A stretch of DNA of 64,000 bases, taken from Candidatus Calditenuaceae archaeon HR02. GTDB taxonomy: Archaea; Thermoproteota; Nitrososphaeria_A; Caldarchaeales; Calditenuaceae. The position numbers and the translations under genes were made by a program. This document shows, piece after piece, positions 20,353 through 30,076 of the stretch (positions are counted from its first letter, which is position 1; every line of letters starts with the position of its first letter). The stretch is taken from positions 55,519-119,518 of the forward strand of contig BEHE01000003.1 in the NCBI GenBank assembly GCA_002898395.1. Reading direction: 5' to 3'. The notes beneath the pieces were generated by a model. That model worked only from the letters and a program-made list of their open reading frames with translations. It searched no databases and was not told the DNA's origin.

Positions 20353-22764
20353 TTAACCTACGCTACCACTCATCTCAAGCTCTATGAGCCTGTTAAACTC
20401 TATCGCATACTCCATAGGGAGCGTTTTTGTGAAACTCTCCAAGAATCCGAGCACTATCATATTTAGGGCGTCCTGCTCAGGAATTCCCCTGCTCATCAAA
20501 TAGAAGATCTGGTCCTCACCTATCTTGCCCACAGTGGCCTCGTGCGTAACTGTAGCATCGTCCTCGTGGATCTCGTTGTAGGGGTAAGTATCTGTTCTGG
20601 ACCTGTCATCGAGTATGAGTGCATCACATCTAACACTCGACTTCACACGCTTAGCTCCCTTCGCGACGTGAAGCAAGCCCCTATAAGATGTCCTGCCCCC
20701 ATCCTTGCAGACAGACTTAGAGGTTATCCGGCTGGTGGTATCCGGTGCGAGGTGGATTGCCTTGGCACCCGTGTCTTGGTGCTGGCCTCTGCCCGCAAAG
20801 GCTACCGAGAGGATTTCAGCCCGAGCCCCGCGGCCCAGTAGATAGACGCTCGGATACTTCATCGTAACCTTGCTGTTGTGGACTATCATTCCTTGTGCTA
20901 TGAAGTTGGCCGTTCCTTCAACCTCTATATCATATGTTTTCTTTTCACCCGCTGGTTCTATCTTAATAACAGGAACGAAGTATACCTCTGTATCTGGTAT
21001 TTGATCGCTGAAGTATAGGAAGTAGTGGGTATAAGTTTTCTTCCTCCTACCTAATGGCTTTTTCTCCTTTCTCTGCCATTTACTTATTTTAAGCGGGTTA
21101 AGACCACACGTGATGGCAAGCAGCTTGGTGTCCTCTAGCAATTTCTTATTAACGCTACATACGCTGAGGTTTTTATGCCCCGACCTCACATAACCATCTG
21201 CTGCTATGTAGCCTTGTATTAATGCGAGCTTCTGTGAACGAGGTAGTTTAAAGACCCATTTCGGTATCCTCTTTTCTCTAGCTTTTTTGGCTAGGCCTAG
21301 TGATGTTAAGAACATGGCTAAGTTTTTAGAATTAACTCTTAAGACGTTTCCCTGTCGCTTAGCATCTACCCCGAATATCTCACTAAGTAATGTTTTAACA
21401 CGCTTAGCCGCTGGATCATTCTCCGCAACCGCAAAGCATACACGACCCTCACCGTCTAGATATCCATCACCTAAGTAGAATCCGATTAACCACATAAGGT
21501 CGTCTGTTGTTTCAGGGGGCCATTTTATTGGCTTAGCATTTACGCTTGGTTTAAAGGTAATTTTATACGGCTTGCCTTTATCTGGAATCATGCCCACCAC
21601 GCCCACTAAATCTCCTGGCTTAATATCCCTGAGCATTCTCCAGTGTAATTTAAAGAACCTGCCTTCTTTGGACAATGTCAGGAATGGGTGGTTATCAGTT
21701 GCAACGATCTCTCTGTAATTTGCTGTGGTTAGCTTATAAACGGGGCGGGGCGGATTAGACTTCTTCCCAACAACCCTTGAAGTCCTTATCCGGAGGTCGG
21801 GCCCTACAGTATAGACTAAATCACCAACCTCCACATCCCTAATCTTCTTGACATCATTATTGGTGAAGACGGCAGTTTCAGGAACCAAGCACCCTATGTT
21901 AGCGTCAACCCACTCGACAACGGCGTCCTCATACGCGAAGGCCCTCTTTGTCACGAGGTTGTAAACATCTGTGCTCCAGTTCTGGAGAGTCGTATACCTC
22001 ACATAGGCCCCCTTCATTGCAATAATCTCCACAACAGCCGAGTGTAGGCTCTCTGAACTGTAGATGGGTGCGGTGCAACCTTCTATATAATGGACTTTGC
22101 TTCCTGGCTCGGCTATTATCAGCGTCCTCTCAAATTGGCCGACATTCGCGGCATTAATCCTGAAGTATGCTTGGAGTGGAAACTCTACATGTACACCCTC
22201 AGGTACATAGACGAAACTGCCGCCGCTCCAGACCGCCGTGTTTAGGGCCGCGAACTTGTTGTCGTTTGGTGGAACGACCGTCCCAAAATACCGTTTAACA
22301 ATAGAGGGATATTCTCGAAGCGCTGTATCCATGTCGCAGAAGATGACACCCTGCTTCTCAAGCTCTTTCCTAACATTGTGGTAAACGACCTCTGAGTCAT
22401 ACTGAGCCCCCACGCCTGCGAGGAACTTTCTCTCCGCCTCGGGAATTCCCAGCCTGTCAAACGTCCTCTTTATGTATTCGGGAACCTCCTCCCAGCTCCT
22501 AAACTTCCTGTCAGTCGGGCTGACGTAGTATCTTATCTTGCCGAAGTCTAGGCTACTAAGGTCCGCCCCCCACGTAGGCATACCCCTCTCTACGAAGTAT
22601 CTGTATGCCTTGAGTCGGAGCTGAGTCATCCACTCAGGCTCATCCTTAATCCTGGAAATCTCTTCGACAACCCTCTCCGAGATTCCGGGCTGGAAAATAT
22701 ACTTGTATTCTACCTCGTCTCTGAAATTATATTTACTGTAGTCGAAGCTTATCTCTGTTGTCAT
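20353..22764 (-). CDS. sufB: Fe-S cluster assembly protein SufB (intein-containing)
   Basis: GQFERTLII, YIEGCTAP, KVTMKYPS, HEATVGKI; 464 aa after intein removal. Confidence 0.96.
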   Translation of the reverse strand: MTTEISFDYSKYNFRDEVEYKYIFQPGISERVVEEISRIKDEPEWMTQLRLKAYRYFVERGMPTWGADLSSLDFGKIRYYVSPTDRKFRSWEEVPEYIKRTFDRLGIPEAERKFLAGVGAQYDSEVVYHNVRKELEKQGVIFCDMDTALREYPSIVKRYFGTVVPPNDNKFAALNTAVWSGGSFVYVPEGVHVEFPLQAYFRINAANVGQFERTLIIAEPGSKVHYIEGCTAPIYSSESLHSAVVEIIAMKGAYVRYTTLQNWSTDVYNLVTKRAFAYEDAVVEWVDANIGCLVPETAVFTNNDVKKIRDVEVGDLVYTVGPDLRIRTSRVVGKKSNPPRPVYKLTTANYREIVATDNHPFLTLSKEGRFFKLHWRMLRDIKPGDLVGVVGMIPDKGKPYKITFKPSVNAKPIKWPPETTDDLMWLIGFYLGDGYLDGEGRVCFAVAENDPAAKRVKTLLSEIFGVDAKRQGNVLRVNSKNLAMFLTSLGLAKKAREKRIPKWVFKLPRSQKLALIQGYIAADGYVRSGHKNLSVCSVNKKLLEDTKLLAITCGLNPLKISKWQRKEKKPLGRRKKTYTHYFLYFSDQIPDTEVYFVPVIKIEPAGEKKTYDIEVEGTANFIAQGMIVHNSKVTMKYPSVYLLGRGARAEILSVAFAGRGQHQDTGAKAIHLAPDTTSRITSKSVCKDGGRTSYRGLLHVAKGAKRVKSSVRCDALILDDRSRTDTYPYNEIHEDDATVTHEATVGKIGEDQIFYLMSRGIPEQDALNMIVLGFLESFTKTLPMEYAIEFNRLIELEMSGSVG
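20875..21891 (-). mobile_element. Intein with LAGLIDADG homing endonuclease (339 aa)
   Basis: NIG|CLVPET...ATDNHPF...MIVHN|SKV junctions; WLIGFYLGDG and LIQGYIAADG motifs; visibly more AT-rich than the exteins. Confidence 0.95.
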
Positions 22765-22909
22765 TAGGCTCGGTATAACAGTGTTATTCCGCTATATAAG
22801 TTAATGGTGACAACAACCGGGCGGCTAACAGCCAAAATATTTACAACATATATACACACAAGCCGTTAATACGACACATTTAAATCAGCAAGAACCCAAA
22901 CATCGACTG

Positions 22910-23404
22910 GTGATAGGAATGCTAGCAGTAGAGCAGGAAAAGGGGCTAAAAACTGCAAGTAGCAGGAAGATTCTGGTATATGTTGACGGGAATGGAAAGG
23001 ATGTTAAGGCGTTGGAGGCCGCTGCTAAAATGGCTATAGAAGAGGGTGCAGAGCTTGTCGTTATGACGGTTTTGAAGAAGGTTAATAGAGTTCCTTACGA
23101 ATTTATAAAGTTCGTCAACTCGGAGAGGTTTACCGACCCCCCACACTACCTCTACTATCAGTACTTAGGTAGAGCGGTTCTCGAACCATATGTAGAGATG
23201 TTGAGGACCATGGGTGTACCCTACGAGCTCCAGATAGAGTTCGGAGACAAGAAGGAGAGGATCGAGGCTGTCGCTAAAACCATAAAGCCGTATAAGGTTG
23301 TCATGTCGGTGAATGGCGGGATACGCAGACAGTTCTTTGGTCTCCCGCTCTTTAGGGCTGAGGAAGGCCTAAGACTCGATTGCCCCATAACGCTGATACC
23401 GTAG
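22910..23404 (+). CDS. Universal stress protein-like
   Basis: KILVYVDG...ALEAAAKMA...GAELVVMTV; ends CPITLIP. Confidence 0.7.
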   Translation: MIGMLAVEQEKGLKTASSRKILVYVDGNGKDVKALEAAAKMAIEEGAELVVMTVLKKVNRVPYEFIKFVNSERFTDPPHYLYYQYLGRAVLEPYVEMLRTMGVPYELQIEFGDKKERIEAVAKTIKPYKVVMSVNGGIRRQFFGLPLFRAEEGLRLDCPITLIP

Positions 23405-23451
23405 AAAGAGAATAATCACCCGCTACTACAGGCCTCAATGCGTGTCTTAAT

Positions 23452-23790
23452 TTATGGGGTTTTTATTTTAAATTCTTTCCCCTCACAGTCCACGACCCCC
23501 TGCACGCGTCTGATGAATGAGACGCAGTTGTAGCACATGAGGAATGGGATGGTCTGGCTAGCCACAGGGCACTCTACATACTCCTTCTTCATCTTCGCTA
23601 TCATCTTATTGCTCAGGGATTTCCTCAGGCTCTCTATAATCTTTTGATCTACCTTGAGCGCCTTCTGAGATGTCTTAACCTCTACTCGATATTGCGGAGA
23701 CCTCAAATCCTGTTGGCGCAATTGCTGAGCCTCGTTATAAATCATCCGCCATCGGTCTAATCCCTGATACACTGTGTAAGGCTCAGCCAA
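23452..23790 (-). CDS. Hypothetical protein with four C-terminal Cys
   Basis: Clean ORF; VECPV...CYNC...VDC. Confidence 0.65.
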   Translation of the reverse strand: MAEPYTVYQGLDRWRMIYNEAQQLRQQDLRSPQYRVEVKTSQKALKVDQKIIESLRKSLSNKMIAKMKKEYVECPVASQTIPFLMCYNCVSFIRRVQGVVDCEGKEFKIKTP

Positions 23791-23870
23791 ACAGGTATGC
23801 GCGGCTCAACCGTTGATGGAGCGGTTTGGACCATGTGGATTCGTTAATGTTTATATATTGACCAATAGAC

Positions 23871-23999
23871 ATGTTCAGGCACAGGCGAAGGGTGGTAGTT
23901 ATTGCTTGGAGCCGTGAACTAGCTCCGCACATCCTACGTGTCACCGACCCTATTGAAAAATCTGCTCCGTCCCTTCGCATCCTCCTTCTTCTCTGGTGA
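23871..23999 (+). promoter_or_regulatory. Candidate leader peptide/attenuator of the leu-ilv operon (42 aa)
   Basis: MFRHRRRVVVIAWSRELAPHILRVTDPIEKSAPSLRILLLLW*; stop overlaps the GGTGA SD of leuA; alternative pairings present. Confidence 0.6.
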
Positions 24000-24008
24000 G
24001 GGTGGACT

Positions 24009-25544
24009 ATGAGCTGGAGAAGTTTCTTGGAGGGGATATATGTTCTTCCAAGTCGTGTACTCTTCTTCGATACTACGCTGAGGGATGGTGAGCAGACCCC
24101 TGGGGTCGCGCTACGCGTAGAGGAGAAGATGATGATCGCTGAGGCGCTGTCTGATTTGGGGGTTGATGTGATAGAGGCGGGGTTCGCCGTTGTCTCGAAG
24201 GGGGAGTATGAGTCTGTCAAAAGGATATGTAGCTTGGGGCTGAGCTCCAAGATCTGCTCCCTGAGCAGGTGCGAGACGAGGGATGTTGACGCTGCTGTTG
24301 ACGCGGGTTGCGACTGGGTCCACCTATTTATCGCGACCTCCGAACTCCACATGAAGTATAAGCTGAACATGACGAGGGAGCAGGTAGTTGAGAGGGCAGT
24401 TAAGATGGTTGAATATGCGAAGAGTCGGGGTGTTGTAGTCCACTTCTCGGCGGAGGATGCGACAAGAAGCGATCCCGAATTTCTGATGGAAGTTTACCGG
24501 CGCGTAAGGGACGCGGGGGCTGACAGTTTAGATATTCCTGACACGGTCGGTGTTGCTGTTCCACACGTGATGAGGTCGCTTGCTAGTAGGGCAAAGTGTG
24601 AGACCGGCCTACCTATCGCCGTCCACTGCCACGATGATATGGGGCTAGCTACGGCTAATACCTTGGCTGGCGTTGAGGGTGGGGCAGAGATAGTGCATGT
24701 TACCGTGAATGGGATTGGCGAGAGGGCTGGAAACACGAGTCTGGAGGAGGTGGCTGTCGCCCTCAAGTTCCTCTATGGCGTCGAGACTGGGATAAGATAT
24801 GAGAATATTGCGAGGGTCTCGAGGCTGGTTGCCCGGCTGACTGGAATCCCGATCCCTAAAAACAAAGCCGTCGTCGGGGAACACGCCTTCTCCCACGAGA
24901 GTGGAATCCATGTACATGGGGTGATCAATAATCCTGCCACATATGAGCCCATTATGCCTGAGCAGGTGGGGATGAGTAGGCGGATTATCATTGGCAAGCA
25001 CTCGGGAGCACACTCGGTCAACACGATTCTGAGGCAGTATGGATTCGTCTTAGAGACTGATGAGGTCAGGGCTGTTCTGGAGAGGGTTAAGAATGTTGCC
25101 GACTCAGGGCATAAAATAAGTGATCAAGAGTTGCTACAGATCGTTAACGAGGTTATAGGTTTAAAGGCCGCTAGGCCGGTGACTTTAAGGGGTTTCCAAC
25201 AGATTACGACAGAGCATGGCGATAGGTGTGTAGCTGAGTTTGAAGTTAACGGGGAGACGCTTCTCGTTGAGGGTGTTGGTGATACGCCGCTTAAGTCGGC
25301 GATAGATGCCTCGATGAGGGCGTTTACCAACATTTTAGGAGATATTAAGATTGTCGACTACTCTGTATTTGCATCACCATACGAGGATAGACACCCCTAC
25401 GAAGCCGAGGTAATTATAAGGGTTAATGGAAACACCATCGTCGGGAGGGGGATAGGCAAGACGAGTGGCCACACAATACTAAACGCCGTATCTAACGCCG
25501 TTAATCAGTATCTGCTAACCCAGTCACGGGGGGTTGGGAGATGA
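24009..25544 (+). CDS. leuA: 2-isopropylmalate/citramalate synthase (LeuA/CimA family)
   Basis: DTTLRDGEQ, HCHDD, GIGERAGN, HESGIH; C-terminal regulatory domain; LeuA versus CimA not resolved. Confidence 0.88.
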   Translation: MSWRSFLEGIYVLPSRVLFFDTTLRDGEQTPGVALRVEEKMMIAEALSDLGVDVIEAGFAVVSKGEYESVKRICSLGLSSKICSLSRCETRDVDAAVDAGCDWVHLFIATSELHMKYKLNMTREQVVERAVKMVEYAKSRGVVVHFSAEDATRSDPEFLMEVYRRVRDAGADSLDIPDTVGVAVPHVMRSLASRAKCETGLPIAVHCHDDMGLATANTLAGVEGGAEIVHVTVNGIGERAGNTSLEEVAVALKFLYGVETGIRYENIARVSRLVARLTGIPIPKNKAVVGEHAFSHESGIHVHGVINNPATYEPIMPEQVGMSRRIIIGKHSGAHSVNTILRQYGFVLETDEVRAVLERVKNVADSGHKISDQELLQIVNEVIGLKAARPVTLRGFQQITTEHGDRCVAEFEVNGETLLVEGVGDTPLKSAIDASMRAFTNILGDIKIVDYSVFASPYEDRHPYEAEVIIRVNGNTIVGRGIGKTSGHTILNAVSNAVNQYLLTQSRGVGR

Positions 25545-27274
25545 AGGCGAGCGACGCCCTAGTCAAGAAGATGGAAGAGCTGGGTGTTGAGATAGTCTTC
25601 GGTATTCCAGGGGGCGCTAACCTACCACTATACGACTCTCTACATGACTCTGAAATCAGGAGTGTGCTTGTGAAGCATGAGCAGCAAGCCGCCCATGCCG
25701 CTGAGGGGTATGCCCGGGTCAAAAAAAGGCCGGGGATAGCCCTGGCCACTTCTGGCCCAGGGGCTACAAACTTGATAACAGGAATCGTAAACGCCTCGAT
25801 GGATAGTGCGCCCCTAGTAGCCATCACAGGCCAAGTGGTAAGATCCTTCATGGGTACGGACGCCTTCCAGGAGGCAGACATAGTTGGCATGATACTCCCC
25901 CACGTAAAGTACGCCTCCGTTGTTTTCGAGTCGTCAAAGCTAGTGAAAGAATTTGTAAATGCTTATCGGTGCGCCATAAGTGGGCGACCTGGGCCAACTC
26001 TGATAGATATTCCCAGGGATGTTCAACAAGAGGATGTAGGGGATTACGAGCAGCTTGACGACGATGTCGAGGAGAGATTCATCAAACCCGCCCCACAGCC
26101 CGATGATGGCCAGTTTAGGAGGGCTGCTGAGCTGCTGGCTGATGCCCAGCGCGTTTGCATACTACTAGGTGGTGGAGCGTACTTTAGTGATGCGACAAGG
26201 GAGGCTCTAAGACTTTCTGAGCTTCTCAACGCCGCTGTGATCGCCACTACACCAGGGAAAACCGCCCTCGTCGAAGACCATCCAAATGTCCTCGGGGTGG
26301 TTGGAATGCATGGCCGCTTCGAATCAAATCTGGCCGTGATCGAGGCCGACGTCATATTATGTGTTGGTACTAGGCTCTCCGACAGGGCTATCGGCCCGCC
26401 CACAGAGTTCAGGAAGGGCAGAAAAATCATCCACATCGACATAGACGGCAGCGAGATTGGAAAGAATGTTGTCCCAGACGTAGGAATTGTCTGCGACGCC
26501 AAAGTAGCCCTCATGAAAATACTGGAAAACCTCTCAGCGCTGGATATCAAGCCTAAGGATCCGGGATGGGTCTTGGGCCTTAAGGAGATTGGGCGCAGTT
26601 TTGACGACTACATGTTTAACCAAGCTGATGGTAGTAGGCTATCGTCTTGGAAGGTTGTCAAGACTATTAGAGATGAGCTGCCGAAGAATGCTATAGTGAC
26701 TACGGGGGTGGGGCAGCATCAGATGTGGTCTCAACTCTTCTTCAAGGTTTTAGAGCCCGGAACCTTCATCACGAGCGCGGGCCTGGGTACAATGGGCTTC
26801 GGTCTTCCAGCAGCTATGGGCGCTAAGGCTGCCGCCCCAGATAAAATCGTGCTCAACATGGATGGGGACGGTAGCTTCTTAATGACTTGTCAGACCCTCG
26901 GTACCATCGTTGAATACGACCTCCCAGTAATCACGGTGATCTTTGACAACCGCTCGCTAGGCATGGTGAGGCAGTGGCAAGACCTATTCTACAAGAAGAG
27001 GTTCAAGGATGTTGACATCGAAGATAGAACAAACTTGGTCAAGCTCTCTGAGGCCTTCGGGGTTGAAGGGATATTTGTTGAGAGCTATGAAGAGTTGAGG
27101 ACCGCCCTTAGGAGGGCTATCAGAAATAATGAGGCTCTCGTCATAGACGTGCCTATAGACAAGGACGAGAAAGTGTTCCCAATGGTGCCGCCTGGAAAGT
27201 GGCTTGCGGATGTCATTCTCCCACCGGGGTTCAGCTCATATGTCGAGGAGAAGACTACTAGTCCGGCTAAGTAA
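25541..27274 (+). CDS. ilvB: Acetolactate synthase large subunit
   Basis: FGIPGGA, KHEQ, TSGPGATN, GDGS...N ThDP motif, GMVRQWQ. Confidence 0.96.
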   Translation: MKASDALVKKMEELGVEIVFGIPGGANLPLYDSLHDSEIRSVLVKHEQQAAHAAEGYARVKKRPGIALATSGPGATNLITGIVNASMDSAPLVAITGQVVRSFMGTDAFQEADIVGMILPHVKYASVVFESSKLVKEFVNAYRCAISGRPGPTLIDIPRDVQQEDVGDYEQLDDDVEERFIKPAPQPDDGQFRRAAELLADAQRVCILLGGGAYFSDATREALRLSELLNAAVIATTPGKTALVEDHPNVLGVVGMHGRFESNLAVIEADVILCVGTRLSDRAIGPPTEFRKGRKIIHIDIDGSEIGKNVVPDVGIVCDAKVALMKILENLSALDIKPKDPGWVLGLKEIGRSFDDYMFNQADGSRLSSWKVVKTIRDELPKNAIVTTGVGQHQMWSQLFFKVLEPGTFITSAGLGTMGFGLPAAMGAKAAAPDKIVLNMDGDGSFLMTCQTLGTIVEYDLPVITVIFDNRSLGMVRQWQDLFYKKRFKDVDIEDRTNLVKLSEAFGVEGIFVESYEELRTALRRAIRNNEALVIDVPIDKDEKVFPMVPPGKWLADVILPPGFSSYVEEKTTSPAK

Positions 27275-27470
27275 CTCATACGAGGCTGTCCTGAAGCTTT
27301 TACTCTTCGCGAAGCAGGGGAGGATATCGTTAAGGGAATTGCATCTAAAGTCCGATGATGACGAAATATCTGCCGAGATGGTTGTCGAGGCGCCGCCCGA
27401 GAAGGTTGACTGGTTCGTGAAAAAAGCCAGCGGCTCGCCCATAGTCATAGAGTGTAGGAGTCTCGAGTAG
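27240..27470 (+). CDS. Single ACT-like domain protein (probable AHAS regulatory subunit)
   Basis: 76 aa with ACT-like pattern, directly after ilvB. Confidence 0.6.
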   Translation: MSRRRLLVRLSNSYEAVLKLLLFAKQGRISLRELHLKSDDDEISAEMVVEAPPEKVDWFVKKASGSPIVIECRSLE

Positions 27471-27478
27471 CAAGTGGC

Positions 27479-27751
27479 ATGTCTGCGGGGCTCATAGTCA
27501 GGCTCTTGTTCAAAGGGTTAAGAAATGCGCTCACCGCAGTCCGACTTGTTAGCGAATTGGAGGGTTTAGAGGTTAGAGCTATATACATCGGACGGGAAAG
27601 TGTTGAAGAAATGTATGAGGTGGTATTAGAATTGTCAGCAAACTCTGTGGTGGTTAACGACTTCTTAAGAAACGTGTCGGCGAGCAGTGGCTTCATAGAG
27701 GCTTGCGTGGAGGACTTGGACGCCCGTGCCGTCTGGGAGGGGATTAGGTGA
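27479..27751 (+). CDS. Second ACT-like domain protein
   Basis: 90 aa between the first ACT gene and ilvC; alternating beta/alpha pattern. Confidence 0.5.
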   Translation: MSAGLIVRLLFKGLRNALTAVRLVSELEGLEVRAIYIGRESVEEMYEVVLELSANSVVVNDFLRNVSASSGFIEACVEDLDARAVWEGIR

Positions 27752-27757
27752 GGAATC

Positions 27758-28738
27758 TTGGCTAGGGTCTATTACGACTCTGATGCCTCTCTCACCCCCC
27801 TCCAGGGGAAACGGGTAGCGGTGATCGGCTATGGCAGCCAGGGTAGGGCTCAAGCCCTAAACATCAGGGACTCCGGGATAGAGACTGTTATCGGCCTGAG
27901 GGGCGAGGGTAAGTCCTATGAAGCGGCGGTCAAAGACGGCTTCACACCATTACCGATAGAAGAGGCCGTCAGGATATCTGATGTGATCTTGATGCTTATC
28001 CCCGACGTGCCCATGCCTGAGACCTATAAGATGTATATCGAAAACAGCCTGACACCTGGCAAGACGCTAGTCTTCGCCCACGGCTACAACATACATTATA
28101 AGAGAATCGTTCCACCCCCCTATGTGAACGTAGTACTCGTGGCTCCTAAGGGCCCCGGCCCACTCGTGAGGCAGAAATACCTTGAGGGGCGAGGCGTCCC
28201 CAGCCTTATAGCAGTCCACCAAAACCCAACTGGAAACGCGAAGGAGGTCGCCCTCGCGATAGCCAAGGCAATCGGCGCCACTAGGGCAGGCGTCATAGAG
28301 ACGACATTCCAAGAGGAGACTGAGACAGACCTTCTCGGAGAGCAGGCTGTTCTGGTTGGCGGGGTCATGGAGCTTATCAAGAAGGGATTTGAGGTGCTGG
28401 TCGAGAATGGATACCAGCCTGAACTCGCCTATTATGAAGTCTGCAACGAGCTGAAACTGATAGTTGACCTGATATACTCGGGGGGTCTAATGCACATGCT
28501 TCGCTCCGTCTCCGACACGGCTAAGTTCGGAGGCCTGACGATCGGCCCCCAGATAATTGACGAGTCTGTGAAACAGAAGATGCAGGAGGCGTTGAGAAGG
28601 ATAAAGTCGGGCGAGTTCGAGAAGCTTTGGACAGGAAACCCTGACGCATACAAGATCCTAGATAAGATGATGGAGAAGACGGAGCAGCACCCGCTTGAAG
28701 TTGTGGGAAAACGCCTCAGAGAAATGGCACTAATATAG
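27758..28738 (+). CDS. ilvC: Ketol-acid reductoisomerase
   Basis: IGYGSQG, FAHG, APKGPG, ETETDLLGEQ. Confidence 0.97.
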   Translation: MARVYYDSDASLTPLQGKRVAVIGYGSQGRAQALNIRDSGIETVIGLRGEGKSYEAAVKDGFTPLPIEEAVRISDVILMLIPDVPMPETYKMYIENSLTPGKTLVFAHGYNIHYKRIVPPPYVNVVLVAPKGPGPLVRQKYLEGRGVPSLIAVHQNPTGNAKEVALAIAKAIGATRAGVIETTFQEETETDLLGEQAVLVGGVMELIKKGFEVLVENGYQPELAYYEVCNELKLIVDLIYSGGLMHMLRSVSDTAKFGGLTIGPQIIDESVKQKMQEALRRIKSGEFEKLWTGNPDAYKILDKMMEKTEQHPLEVVGKRLREMALI

Positions 28739-28875
28739 CATCAACTAAAGCCCCCTATGCTGCTGGCCTCATAACTATTTTCACTCCTTCTCGCGGAAGC
28801 CACAACAAGAGAATGCAAAGGAGATGGCGCAAATCGGTGAGAGCAGTGCACTACATCGATTATTCCCAGATCACG

Positions 28876-29295
28876 CTAGGCCTCAAATTCCTGGAACAGC
28901 TTCTTGACAAATTCGTATGCCTCCCTAGCCATTTTAAAGGCCTCCTCCGCTTCGGCTCTACTGAAAAGAAGGTCTGCCGGGGTCATCGAAATCTCATCAC
29001 CGTACATCGCCGGCTCTCGTTTCTCTGACAGCTTCCTAGAGATTAATGCTAAACTATCAACTGGAAACCATTTCGGGAATCTGTCTTTAAACTTGATCAA
29101 CACCGGGCCTACATCGTGTTTCTTTGGATACTCTATTCCCAGAAGTCGTAGGGCTGCCTTCAATCCCAATTCGACAGACTCTTGCGAGCTTCGAATTGAG
29201 TAGGCTAGGCTTCCTCCCCTTAGCTCTCTTTCAGCAGTTTCTAGCCTTCTGGTTGACTGGTTGAGAAGAGATTTTGCGGCCTCGATATTTCTCAT
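28876..29295 (-). CDS. HEPN domain protein
   Basis: SQESVELGLKA, PKKHD, REPAMYG (RX4Y); ATGA overlap with the MNT stop. Confidence 0.88.
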   Translation of the reverse strand: MRNIEAAKSLLNQSTRRLETAERELRGGSLAYSIRSSQESVELGLKAALRLLGIEYPKKHDVGPVLIKFKDRFPKWFPVDSLALISRKLSEKREPAMYGDEISMTPADLLFSRAEAEEAFKMAREAYEFVKKLFQEFEA

Positions 29296-30041
29296 ATCTC
29301 TATCACTTCCCCAATCTTTGCGTCTGGTTTCAGTAGCCAGGCCCACTCATCCCCTGTTAGCCATATTCTCTTTGCCCCCAGCTCTCTCATTCTAGCTCGC
29401 ATTTTTTCCGCCTCTCTCTCGTATGTTCCGTCGTCGACTAAGGTTATGCCCTCCTCCACTATGTCGAGGATAATAGGCGGATGGTTTTGGAGGCTATGGG
29501 TATTTATCGGATGAAATGATATATGGGTCGATATTCCATTGTTCTCTAACCACTCTAACTCTCGGGCAACTCTGGGGGAGTATTCCACATCTACTAGTCT
29601 ATCGATAGCTTCTCCAAGCGATTTGAATGTGTCTGAAACTATCAGGAGATCTACGTCGCTGTCTAATTTTGCGCTGCCTCTGGCTACGGAGCCGAAGAGC
29701 ACGATGCTCTTTAAACCAATGTTCTCTCTCAAGGCCTCCGTGCAGAAAATTCCGACTAACCTAGAGTATCTCTGCTGTGGTATGTTTTCGAGATTTTTTA
29801 TTACTTTGCCTACGCTTAGTAGATATGTATCTGGTTCTGCAAGCCTATAGAGCCACTTTTTGGGTCTCTTTTCATGGACATATATCGCTCCCGCCTTTCT
29901 CATTCTTAGCAGCGCCACTCTTCCCGCAGCTTCACTCCCTAACATTTCTGTGATATCGTTTGAAGTGAACGTGTTTGGTCCGAATCTTCTGTAGAGCTCT
30001 GCGTATAATGCCCCGAGCTTTCTTGAGAGCCACTCAGCCAT
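29292..30041 (-). CDS. Minimal nucleotidyltransferase with N-terminal wHTH-like domain
   Basis: VLFGSVARG...SDVDLL (GSx10DxD). Confidence 0.88.
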   Translation of the reverse strand: MAEWLSRKLGALYAELYRRFGPNTFTSNDITEMLGSEAAGRVALLRMRKAGAIYVHEKRPKKWLYRLAEPDTYLLSVGKVIKNLENIPQQRYSRLVGIFCTEALRENIGLKSIVLFGSVARGSAKLDSDVDLLIVSDTFKSLGEAIDRLVDVEYSPRVARELEWLENNGISTHISFHPINTHSLQNHPPIILDIVEEGITLVDDGTYEREAEKMRARMRELGAKRIWLTGDEWAWLLKPDAKIGEVIEI

Positions 30042-30042
30042 T

Positions 30043-30061
30043 CGTTACAAAATTTGTAACG
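30043..30061. promoter_or_regulatory. Palindromic operator upstream of MNT-HEPN
   Basis: CGTTACAAA-A-TTTGTAACG (perfect 9-bp arms) between the minus-strand TTATATA box and the start codon. Confidence 0.7.
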
Positions 30062-30076
30062 CTCATATATAAGAAG

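Noticed and set aside
23783-24370. 195-aa minus-strand ORF and similar long antisense ORFs (e.g. 1849-2487, 51846-52478, 53381-54220)
   Set aside because: Antisense to well-supported genes and without recognisable motifs
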